Made by a program: the position numbers and the translations under genes. 64,000 bases of DNA from an uncultured Bacteroidales bacterium (GTDB lineage Bacteria; Bacteroidota; Bacteroidia; Bacteroidales; F082), in assembly GCA_946407975.1 (NCBI GenBank), contig CAMJQC010000005.1:5526-69525 (forward strand). Reading direction: 5' to 3'. Each line of letters opens with the position of its first letter. Position 1 is the first letter of the stretch. The notes under the pieces are model-generated. The model was not told the DNA's origin, made no database searches, and saw only the letters and a program-made list of their open reading frames with translations. Positions 26,496 through 34,918 of the stretch are shown here, in pieces.

Positions 26496-26945
26496 ATGAA
26501 AGAATCTATCGACAATACTTATCTGACTGTCAGAGAGTTATTCGTAAGTTATCTTCAGGAACACAAACTCCGCAAAACACCGGAGCGTTTCGCCATACTC
26601 AAGACCATTTACGCTACCACCGGTCACTTCGATATGGAGTCGCTCTACAAGCAGATGAAAGAGGAGAAATATCGTGTCAGCCGCGCCACCCTGTACAACA
26701 CCATCGAGCTGCTCATCGACTGCAAGCTCGTCACCAAACGGCAGTTTGGGCATAATAGCGCCCAATATGAACGCGCCTACAAATTCGGCCAGCACGACCA
26801 TTTCATCGATCTCGACGATGACTGCGTTTTGGAGTTCTGCGACCCGCGTCTGCTAGAGATACAGCGTTCCATCGAAGAACAGCTTGGTGTCGAGATCACT
26901 CAGCACTCCTTAATATTTTACGGTCACAAGAAAACGAAAAGTTAG
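26496..26945 (+). CDS. fur: Fur family transcriptional regulator
   Basis: 149 aa. Winged helix (RVSRATLYNTIELL) and metal-site region QHDHFIDLDDDCVLEFCDP. Confidence 0.8.
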   Translation: MKESIDNTYLTVRELFVSYLQEHKLRKTPERFAILKTIYATTGHFDMESLYKQMKEEKYRVSRATLYNTIELLIDCKLVTKRQFGHNSAQYERAYKFGQHDHFIDLDDDCVLEFCDPRLLEIQRSIEEQLGVEITQHSLIFYGHKKTKS

Positions 26946-26994
26946 GAAGGTGAATCCGACCTAACCCAAACTGATAATAAACAAATCACAGATA

Positions 26995-28272
26995 ATGAGC
27001 AAAATAGACATACTCCTCGGCTTGCAATGGGGAGACGAAGGCAAAGGCAAGGTCGTTGATGCCCTCACGCCCAACTATGACATCGTAGCACGCTTTCAAG
27101 GCGGTCCTAACGCCGGCCACACCATCGAGTTCGGCGGTCACAAATACGTGTTGCACAACATCCCATCGGGTGTGCTGACCCCAGGTTGCGTCAACGTCAT
27201 CGGCAATGGCGTCATCATCGAGCCCCGCATCCTGATGGGCGAGATCGAAGGCCTGCAGCAGGCTGGCTTCGACCTGCGTGAGACGCTGATGATCTCCAAC
27301 CGTGCCCACCTCATCATGCCCACCCATCGCGCTATGGACGCTGCCAACGAACTGGCCCTCGGCAAGATGAAAGTCGGCACCACGCTGAAAGGCATCGGCC
27401 CAACCTACACCGACAAGACCGCCCGGAAGGGCTTGCGCATCGGCGACATTGCCTCTGTCGACTTCAAACAGAAATACGAAGAGCTGAAGAAGAGTCATCT
27501 GGTCCAGATCGCAGCCCTCGGGTTCGACATGAACGGCTTCCAACTCGACGGCATGCCTTTCGACGAGTACGAAAAGAAATGGTTCGAAGCTATCGAGCAA
27601 CTGAGACAATATCAGTTCATCGACAGCGAATACTACCTCAACGAGGCTCTCGACGCTGGCAAGAATATTCTCGCCGAAGGCGCCCAAGGCTCCATGCTTG
27701 ACGTGGACTTCGGCAGTTATCCCTTCGTCACCTCATCCAACGTCATCGCCGCTGGCGTCTGCTCCGGCTTAGGCATCGCCCCGAACCGTATCGGCAAGGT
27801 CTATGGCATCTTCAAGGCCTACTGCACCCGCGTAGGCACCGGCCCCTTCCCCACTGAACTGTTTGACGAGACTGGCGAGACACTCCGTCAGAACGGCCGC
27901 GAGTTCGGCGCCACCACAGGCCGCCCGCGCCGTTGCGGCTGGCTCGACCTGCCTGCGTTGAAATATGCCGTCATGCTCAGTGGCGTCACCAACCTGATGA
28001 TGATGAAGTCGGACGTCATGGACGAGTTTGAAAAGCTGAAAGTCGCCACCGCCTACCGCTACAACGGGAAAGAGACCCAACATCTGCCCTTCGCCGCCTG
28101 CACGGAGACGATGGAACCCGTCTATACCGAGATCGACGGCTGGAAGCAGAAGATTGAAGGCAAGATTCCGCAAAAGCTGGAAGATTACATCAAATTCATC
28201 GAAAATTACGTCGGCGTACCGATCAGCTTCGTCTCCTATGGTCCCGACCGTACTCAAAACATTTATCGATAA
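26995..28272 (+). CDS. purA: Adenylosuccinate synthase
   Basis: 425 aa. Motifs GLQWGDEGKGKVVD, GGPNAGHT, TTGRPRRCGWLD. Confidence 0.97.
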   Translation: MSKIDILLGLQWGDEGKGKVVDALTPNYDIVARFQGGPNAGHTIEFGGHKYVLHNIPSGVLTPGCVNVIGNGVIIEPRILMGEIEGLQQAGFDLRETLMISNRAHLIMPTHRAMDAANELALGKMKVGTTLKGIGPTYTDKTARKGLRIGDIASVDFKQKYEELKKSHLVQIAALGFDMNGFQLDGMPFDEYEKKWFEAIEQLRQYQFIDSEYYLNEALDAGKNILAEGAQGSMLDVDFGSYPFVTSSNVIAAGVCSGLGIAPNRIGKVYGIFKAYCTRVGTGPFPTELFDETGETLRQNGREFGATTGRPRRCGWLDLPALKYAVMLSGVTNLMMMKSDVMDEFEKLKVATAYRYNGKETQHLPFAACTETMEPVYTEIDGWKQKIEGKIPQKLEDYIKFIENYVGVPISFVSYGPDRTQNIYR

Positions 28273-28282
28273 TACCTTTTTT

Positions 28283-28305
28283 TAGAGACGGTGCTCCGTC
28301 TCTAC
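28283..28305. repeat. Family A hairpin repeat TAGAGACGG-TGCT-CCGTCTCTA
   Basis: 9-bp arms identical to the inner part of the 2767 palindrome. Lies between purA and the ATP-grasp gene. Confidence 0.85.
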
Positions 28306-28321
28306 ATAAAACAAATACAAA

Positions 28322-29473
28322 ATGATCATTTTAGAAAAACCATACGTGTCGGCACCGTTGGTCGCCTACTTGGAAAGCCATTGCATCCCTGTGTTGCGCA
28401 ACGAAATGGCAACGCAACTCGTTTCACAAGATCACAAACTCAACCTGCTGGACGACGAGCAGTTCATCGAACAATACAAACAGACGGGCAAGCTTTATGC
28501 CGTCTCCGAGAACGCCCTTGTATGGCTCTACGCTGCCCTGCCACAGTCGGAGCTCGTACAGAAAATCAAGATCCTCAAGGACAAAGCCAAGTTCCGTGAG
28601 ATCTGCCACCAGCTCTATCCCGACTTCTATTACAAAGAAGTGGAAGCCGCTGCCTTGCGCAAAATCAACCCCAAGGAACTGCCCTTGCCTATCGTGTTAA
28701 AGCCTTCTGTCGGCTTCTTGAGCGTCGGCGTTTACATCATCCGCAACACGGATGAATGGCAGGCCGCTTTGGACGATATCGACCGCAACTTCGAAAAGCA
28801 ATGCGCCGTGTTCCCCGAGACCGTGGTGCAGAGCGGACATTTTGTGCTGGAGCAGTTCATCGAAGGCGAGGAATATGCCGTAGATGCCTACTACGACAAG
28901 GATGGCAAGCCCAACATCATCAACATCTTCCACCACATCTTCAAGGACGAGACCGACGTCAGCGACCGCCTTTACAGCATGAGCAAGCAGATCTTCGAAG
29001 CCAACTACCCGGCTTTCAACCAGTTCTGCATCGACCTGAACGGCGTGTTGCAACTCAAGAACTTCCCGATGCATGTCGAGTTCCGTGTTGACAAGCACAC
29101 GGGCCGTGCCATCCCCATCGAGGTGAACCCCCTGCGTTTCGCCGGCATGTGCCTCAACGATCTGACGATGCACACCTGCAAAATGTTGCCCGTACAGGCC
29201 TATTTCGAAGGCACCCATCCTGACTACCAGCACATGTGGGACGGCATCGAAGACGACACCTTCAGCTTCATCGTCCTCGACAAGCCTTACGAGACCACCC
29301 GCGCCTTGGACTTCGAGGCCATCAAACGTCATTTCCACGGCGTGCTGGAGACCCGCGACATCATGAACCCCGCCATGAGCATCTGGGGCTTCCTCTTCGT
29401 GAAGACCGACAAGGCGCACAGGGAGGAACTGCACGAGATCCTGCACACCGACCTGGTGGCGTTTATGAAGTGA
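28322..29473 (+). CDS. ATP-grasp domain protein of unknown substrate
   Basis: 383 aa. Motifs LKPSVGFLSVGVYII, LEQFIEGEEYAVDAYYD, HVEFRV...IEVNPLRFAG. Confidence 0.65.
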   Translation: MIILEKPYVSAPLVAYLESHCIPVLRNEMATQLVSQDHKLNLLDDEQFIEQYKQTGKLYAVSENALVWLYAALPQSELVQKIKILKDKAKFREICHQLYPDFYYKEVEAAALRKINPKELPLPIVLKPSVGFLSVGVYIIRNTDEWQAALDDIDRNFEKQCAVFPETVVQSGHFVLEQFIEGEEYAVDAYYDKDGKPNIINIFHHIFKDETDVSDRLYSMSKQIFEANYPAFNQFCIDLNGVLQLKNFPMHVEFRVDKHTGRAIPIEVNPLRFAGMCLNDLTMHTCKMLPVQAYFEGTHPDYQHMWDGIEDDTFSFIVLDKPYETTRALDFEAIKRHFHGVLETRDIMNPAMSIWGFLFVKTDKAHREELHEILHTDLVAFMK

Positions 29474-29480
29474 ACCCTTT

Positions 29481-29524
29481 CTGATATTTGTTGCAAAAAG
29501 CATTATCTTTGCGACAAATATCAG
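29481..29524. repeat. 14-bp inverted repeat (one mismatch) CTGATATTTGTTGC ... GCGACAAATATCAG enclosing a promoter box
   Basis: Arms at 29481-29494 and 29511-29524 with a 16-nt loop. Lies between the ATP-grasp stop and the transglutaminase start. Confidence 0.8.
29504..29511 (+). promoter_or_regulatory. -7 box TATCTTTG upstream of the transglutaminase lipoprotein gene
   Basis: Exact TAnnTTTG match, 17 nt before ATG 29529. It sits in the loop and 3' arm of the inverted repeat 29481-29524. Confidence 0.45.
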
Positions 29525-29528
29525 AACC

Positions 29529-32192
29529 ATGAGAAACACCATTCTTATCGCCTCGCTGCTCGTAGGGCTGATCTTTACAGCCTGCAAGAAAGAAGAAAAA
29601 CACTTTATCAGCGACGCCGGGCAACGCGCTGCTGTCGAGAACGACTTGAACAACAAGAAAGCGCTACTCCCTAACGGCAATCTCTTTGAAATTCTTGACA
29701 AGGAAGGTCTCTCAACCAAGGAACACGAGGCATTGCAATTTCTATATGCCTATATGCCTATCGGCGATATCACCGATTACCCGGGTGAGTATTACTTAGA
29801 GAATCTGCGCCTTGCCTTCCGCGCCAAAGCCGAAATGCCCTGGGGCGATGCCATCCCCGAGCGCGAGTTCAACCACTTTGTGGTGCCTGTGCGCGTGAAC
29901 AACGAAGGTCTTGACGATTTCAGGAGTTCCTATTATGAAGAACTGAAGGCCCGCGTCAAAGACATGACTTTGGCCGATGCTGCGCTCGAGGTTAACCACT
30001 GGTGCCACGAGCATGTGAACTACAAAGGCAGCGACAGCCGCACCAGCGCACCGATGTCGACCATCAAGACCTCGTGGGGACGCTGTGGCGAAGAGTCCAC
30101 CCTGCTCGTCACGGCCTTACGCACCGTAGGCATCCCGGCACGACAGGTCTATACGCCCCGTTGGGCCCACTGCGACGACAACCACGCCTGGGTAGAGGCT
30201 TACGTTGATGGCAGCTGGCATTTCATGGGCGCCTGTGAGCCCGAGCCCGTCCTCGACTTAGGATGGTTCAACGAACCTGCCTCACGCACCCTGCTACTCC
30301 ACACCCGTGTCTTCGGCGATTACCAGGGTCCTGAAGAGGTCATCAGCCGCAATGCCAACTATACCGAGATCAATGTGGTGGACAACTACGGCAAGACCGC
30401 CAAGACCACCTTCACCGTCGTCGATGGCGAAGGCAACCCGCAAGCCGACCTGCCCGTGGAATTCAAGATTTACAACTATGCCGAGTTCTGCACTGTCGTC
30501 ACGAAAAAGACCGATGAAAACGGTCAGACCTGGCTCACCTCTGGTTTGGGATGCATGATGGCCTACGCTGCCAAGGACGGCAAGTTCGGCTTCCAGGTTT
30601 TCAAAGGCGGAGAGGCAAAAGACGTCATTATCACCTTAGACCATGTAACAGGACAAGAAGAAAGCTTCGAGTTTGACATCATCCCGCCCATGTCCAGCAA
30701 CACATTGCCTGAAGTCAACACGAATATGCGGGCTGAGAACGACCGTCGCTTCGCCCATGAGGACTCGCTACGCAACGCCTATATCGCCGAATGCAAGAAG
30801 ATACAGGAGCGATACATCGCCGAAGAGGGAAACAAGACCTTGGGCTGGCTGTATGGCAAGAGCTGGGGCAACTGCCAGACCCTCGCCGACTTCGTCAATT
30901 ATGCCAAGGAAAACGGCAAAGAAATCAAAGCCGTCAACCTGCTGTCGTCCATCTCCAACAAAGATCTGCGCGACGTCAGTTATGAGGTGCTCGTCGACCA
31001 CCTCGACAACACGCCCGACCTCACTTCCTCCATTATCTCGATGGAGCCAGAACTATATCAGGATTATATCCTTAAGCCACGTGTAAGCAACGAGAACCTT
31101 ACCCCTTACAGAAAGGTGTTGAAAGAGGCCTTTAGCGAGAAGGAGGCCTGGCAGTTTCACGACGCCCCATCCCTTCTGGCGGACTGGACACGACAAAACA
31201 TCGCCATCAACGACGACCTGAACCCGCAACGCATCCCCATCTCGCCCATGGGCGTCATGCAGGCACGCGTCGCCGACGAGCACTCGCGCGACATCTTCTT
31301 CGTGGCTGCCGCCCGTTGCCTGGGCATCGCCGCACAAGTCAACCCCGTGACAGGTAGCGTACAATACTACCATAAAGGGCAATGGGTCAATGTGGACTTC
31401 GATGCCTTGGCACCAGCCCATACTGGCATTGGTTATATCGACATAAATTACCAACCCACGCTGACACTCCCCGACCCGAAATACTACACCCATTTCAGCA
31501 TCAAGAAATTCGACGGCAACAGCTTTAACCTGTTGGCCTACGATGCCAAAGACCCTGGCATCGACGACGGCATGACCCTGTCTGCTTTCGATCATCCGAC
31601 TCCACTTGAAGAAGGGTATTACATCCTCACATCAGGCACCCGACTGAATGACGGATCCGCCTTGACACATAGTCAGTTCTTCACCATCAAAGCAGGTGAG
31701 ACGACGTCTGTCAGCCTTATTTTACGTGAACCGAGCGACGACGTTCGCGTCATAGGAGCCTTTTATTCCGACCTCAGCTTCACTGATGCCGAAACCAACG
31801 AAGAATACAATTTCAAGCAACTCGTCAAAGACAAATACTTCGTCCTCGGGCTCCTTGACCAGGGCAGCGAGCCTACCACCCATGCCATGCAAGACATTTC
31901 CACCTTTCACAAGGATTTTGAGCAATCCAGTTTGCCAATCGTCTTTCTTTTTGCCGACCATGAGGCCTACGAAAAATTCAAGCTCAAGAATTTCAACGAA
32001 TTGCCTTCCAACATCATCTACGGCTATTACACGCAAGATATCTTAGACGAAGCCACCGACAGCATGCATCTCGACAAGACCAACCTGCCCATCTTTCTCA
32101 TCGCCAATGTCAACAGCGAAGTCATTTTTGCCAAGCAAGGCTACACCATCGGCATGGGCGAGCAGTTGCTGAAGGTGATTGGAAAACTATAA
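29529..32192 (+). CDS. Transglutaminase-like lipoprotein with C-terminal redox-inactive thioredoxin-like domain
   Basis: 887 aa. Lipobox LIFTAC. Transglutaminase core WGRCGEESTLLVTALRTVGIPARQVYTPRWAHCDDNHAWVEAY (Cys-His-Asp). The C-terminal about 130 aa follow a TlpA-like pattern, with GSEPTTH where WCxPC would be. Confidence 0.7.
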   Translation: MRNTILIASLLVGLIFTACKKEEKHFISDAGQRAAVENDLNNKKALLPNGNLFEILDKEGLSTKEHEALQFLYAYMPIGDITDYPGEYYLENLRLAFRAKAEMPWGDAIPEREFNHFVVPVRVNNEGLDDFRSSYYEELKARVKDMTLADAALEVNHWCHEHVNYKGSDSRTSAPMSTIKTSWGRCGEESTLLVTALRTVGIPARQVYTPRWAHCDDNHAWVEAYVDGSWHFMGACEPEPVLDLGWFNEPASRTLLLHTRVFGDYQGPEEVISRNANYTEINVVDNYGKTAKTTFTVVDGEGNPQADLPVEFKIYNYAEFCTVVTKKTDENGQTWLTSGLGCMMAYAAKDGKFGFQVFKGGEAKDVIITLDHVTGQEESFEFDIIPPMSSNTLPEVNTNMRAENDRRFAHEDSLRNAYIAECKKIQERYIAEEGNKTLGWLYGKSWGNCQTLADFVNYAKENGKEIKAVNLLSSISNKDLRDVSYEVLVDHLDNTPDLTSSIISMEPELYQDYILKPRVSNENLTPYRKVLKEAFSEKEAWQFHDAPSLLADWTRQNIAINDDLNPQRIPISPMGVMQARVADEHSRDIFFVAAARCLGIAAQVNPVTGSVQYYHKGQWVNVDFDALAPAHTGIGYIDINYQPTLTLPDPKYYTHFSIKKFDGNSFNLLAYDAKDPGIDDGMTLSAFDHPTPLEEGYYILTSGTRLNDGSALTHSQFFTIKAGETTSVSLILREPSDDVRVIGAFYSDLSFTDAETNEEYNFKQLVKDKYFVLGLLDQGSEPTTHAMQDISTFHKDFEQSSLPIVFLFADHEAYEKFKLKNFNELPSNIIYGYYTQDILDEATDSMHLDKTNLPIFLIANVNSEVIFAKQGYTIGMGEQLLKVIGKL

Positions 32193-32310
32193 ACCTGCTT
32201 CTGTTTTCTCAAGCAGAACAAACCAGCATCATAGTTGCACCGTATTACAGGTAACACAAGGATTCACTAACGATTCTGAAAATACATGGAAGTAGCATAG
32301 ACCGTTATTC

Positions 32311-33180
32311 TCACGCCTCCGCCTTCTTCCATCTGGTGTAACTCAGCACAATCATGACAATGCCGAGAATGACAAAAGGAATGCTCAACCATTGTCCCAT
32401 ATCAAGCGCCATATTGCGTTCAAAATCGACTTGCACATTCTTCAGGAATTCAATGCCGATACGCGAGCCGAAGATGATGACGAGGAAAGTGCCAAACATC
32501 AGTCCTGGACGCGTCTTGCCGAAGTCTTTCTTGTAATACATCCACAGCAGGATCACCAAGGCAACGAGGCAGAAGAAAGCCTCATAGAGACCTGTAGGAT
32601 GGCATGGCAACCATTGATCAGGAGGGCAGCAAGTCTGTGAAGTGCAGGCAAAATAATCGTCCACCGTACCACAGAACTGCTCCTGGCCACGCATAAACAC
32701 GAAACCCCAAGGCAACGAGGTCGGAGTGCCATAAATCTCATGGTTCATCACATTGCCACAACGGATCAATGCGCCCACCACACACACTGGGATGACGATA
32801 CGATCCATAATCCAAATGTAAGGTTTCTTGACCTTACGTGCATAGATATACAAACCTATCAATATGCCGATGGCACCGCCATGGCTGGCGAGGCCACCCT
32901 CCCAAACGAAAAGCATCTTCAGAGGATGAGCGAGATAGTATTCCGGTTCATAAAAGAGACAATGTCCAAGACGAGCACCCAAGATGGTGAATATCAGCAT
33001 GTATATCAGCAGCTGATCAAGGGATTCATCCGTCATTTTTTCACGACGATAGACCTTTTTCATCATAAAATAACCGATCAAAAAGCCCAAAGCCCAAAAC
33101 AGACCGTACCAGCGAATATGGACAGCCCCCATTGAGAACAGCACCGGATCAGCATTCCAAGTGATATAGTTTAATAGCAT
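32311..33180 (-). CDS. lgt: Prolipoprotein diacylglyceryl transferase
   Basis: 289 aa. Polytopic membrane protein with GGLASHGGAIG and HPTGLYE motifs. Confidence 0.9.
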   Translation of the reverse strand: MLLNYITWNADPVLFSMGAVHIRWYGLFWALGFLIGYFMMKKVYRREKMTDESLDQLLIYMLIFTILGARLGHCLFYEPEYYLAHPLKMLFVWEGGLASHGGAIGILIGLYIYARKVKKPYIWIMDRIVIPVCVVGALIRCGNVMNHEIYGTPTSLPWGFVFMRGQEQFCGTVDDYFACTSQTCCPPDQWLPCHPTGLYEAFFCLVALVILLWMYYKKDFGKTRPGLMFGTFLVIIFGSRIGIEFLKNVQVDFERNMALDMGQWLSIPFVILGIVMIVLSYTRWKKAEA

Positions 33181-33199
33181 AGCGATATTTTTTATGCCG

Positions 33200-33207
33200 C
33201 AAATGTA
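33200..33207 (-). promoter_or_regulatory. -7 box TACATTTG upstream of lgt
   Basis: Exact TAnnTTTG match on the minus strand, 19 nt before ATG 33180. Confidence 0.5.
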
Positions 33208-33362
33208 GCAAAAAGAATAAGAATCAAAGAAAAAACGGAACCAACCAAAGAAAAAACCATTTCTGTGTAACTTTTTCTTTCTATTTTCGTAGTTTCAAAT
33301 TGAGAAGGTCAAGAAACGCAATAAGGACCGTTTTGGATCTCATCTCAGTCTGAATATAACAA

Positions 33363-33875
33363 ATGAACAGAAGTCAATACAACAAGTGCGTGGAACTCTA
33401 TGCGGACGGTCTCTTCCGCTTTGTGTTGACTTCGATACGCATCCGCGAGAAGGCTGAGGATATCGTCCAAGACACCTTTGCCAAGGTCTGGGAACACGTT
33501 GACGAAGTGGAATGGGAGCGCAGCAAATCCTATCTCTTCACCACTGCTTATCACACTATGATCGACTCTATCCGCAAAGAGCAGCGCACACAACTCGTCG
33601 ACGACCCAGACGCCCTCCGCAGCGACACCGCCTGGCAGAACCCGACCGGACTCTATCCCGACGTGCAGCATATCCTGCACAAGGCCCTTAAGACCTTGCC
33701 CGAGATACAACGCACTGTCGTCCTGCTCCGCGACTACGAGGGGTACTCCTACGAAGAAATCGGCAACATCACCGGCCTCGGCGAATCGCAAGTAAAAGTC
33801 TACATCTTCCGGGCCAGAACCGCCTTAAAGAAACAACTCAAAAGCATTGACAACTTAATTGACATAGCATCATGA
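33363..33875 (+). CDS. ECF-type RNA polymerase sigma factor
   Basis: 170 aa. Region 2 DIVQDTFAKVW and region 4 LRDYEGYSYEEIGNITGLGESQVKVYIFRAR. Confidence 0.85.
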   Translation: MNRSQYNKCVELYADGLFRFVLTSIRIREKAEDIVQDTFAKVWEHVDEVEWERSKSYLFTTAYHTMIDSIRKEQRTQLVDDPDALRSDTAWQNPTGLYPDVQHILHKALKTLPEIQRTVVLLRDYEGYSYEEIGNITGLGESQVKVYIFRARTALKKQLKSIDNLIDIAS

Positions 33876-34915
33876 AAATCAACCAAACCAACATAGAAGC
33901 CTACCTCCTTGACTATATGGAGGGTCGCCTCGAAATGCATGAGGTTGAAGAACTCATGGCTTATGCCAAAGCAAACGGCCTCGACCTTGACGAACTCACC
34001 GAGAACCTGCCCGTGCTTGAACCTGAACCTGCCGTTTTCGAAAGAAAAAACAACCTGATGCAACCTGAAATCATCCCCGTCGGAGAGATGAATGAAAACA
34101 ACTATGATGACTACTTCATCGCCTATCAGGAAGGGTTACTCAATGCCACAGAGACACAGCAGGTAGAGTCTTTCCTTGAGCAGAACCCGTCGTTAAAGAA
34201 AGACTTCACCCTCTATCAGATGTCACAGCTCAAGGCCGACGAGACCGTCACCTTCCCTAACAAGGAAAAACTGCGCAAGAGAAACGTTATCCGTCCTCTT
34301 TGGATCAGCGCCGCCTCTGTCGCCGCCGCTATCGCGTTGCTCTTCGGACTTTTCCGACTTCCTTTCGGTGGACAAGATATTCAAACGCTACAGCCTATGG
34401 CAGAGCTCACTCCTATCCAGCCCACTGCTATTGAGACGGAACAAAACAGCGAACCGATTCTTGCCGAGAGAGTCCCTGTTACCTATTCCATCCCCCAGCC
34501 AGCAACGAGAAAAACAGAGTCTGCCACTCCTAAACGCGACATGGAATTAATCGCCGTCTTGCCATCGCTCCCTTCCAGCCAAGTACAGTTCAGCGAAGAC
34601 TATGCCATTGAAGTGGGCTCCATGCCTGACTGGCCACCTTATCGTTATAGCGAAGACCTTCCGGCTTACACACAGCTCTGGGATGATATGGAAGAAGAGT
34701 TGCCCAACGACCTCCTTGGCCGTGCCATCTATCGCTTCAGCGAAGGGCGATTCTCCCGCATCGGACAACTCATCGACTTTGGCGTCAACTATGCCAGCAA
34801 AGAAGTCAGTCGCTTTGCTGAAGAAACCGCCGAAGAAATCGCCTTCCGCACCGACAGCCGCATAGAAGAAGCCAAGGAACGCTGGCAGGAACTGACGGAA
34901 AAAGAAAGAAAATAA
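33872..34915 (+). CDS. Putative anti-sigma factor (single-pass membrane protein)
   Basis: 347 aa. ATGA overlap with the sigma gene. One central TM helix (WISAASVAAAIALLFGLF). Assignment is by context only. Confidence 0.5.
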   Translation: MKINQTNIEAYLLDYMEGRLEMHEVEELMAYAKANGLDLDELTENLPVLEPEPAVFERKNNLMQPEIIPVGEMNENNYDDYFIAYQEGLLNATETQQVESFLEQNPSLKKDFTLYQMSQLKADETVTFPNKEKLRKRNVIRPLWISAASVAAAIALLFGLFRLPFGGQDIQTLQPMAELTPIQPTAIETEQNSEPILAERVPVTYSIPQPATRKTESATPKRDMELIAVLPSLPSSQVQFSEDYAIEVGSMPDWPPYRYSEDLPAYTQLWDDMEEELPNDLLGRAIYRFSEGRFSRIGQLIDFGVNYASKEVSRFAEETAEEIAFRTDSRIEEAKERWQELTEKERK

Positions 34916-34918
34916 AAC

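Noticed and set aside
26986-27687. 233-aa minus-strand ORF inside purA
   Set aside because: It is an antisense shadow of a well-supported gene.
28697-29719. 340-aa minus-strand ORF spanning the ATP-grasp gene and the start of the transglutaminase gene
   Set aside because: It crosses an intergenic promoter and inverted repeat, and is antisense to two genes with clear motifs.
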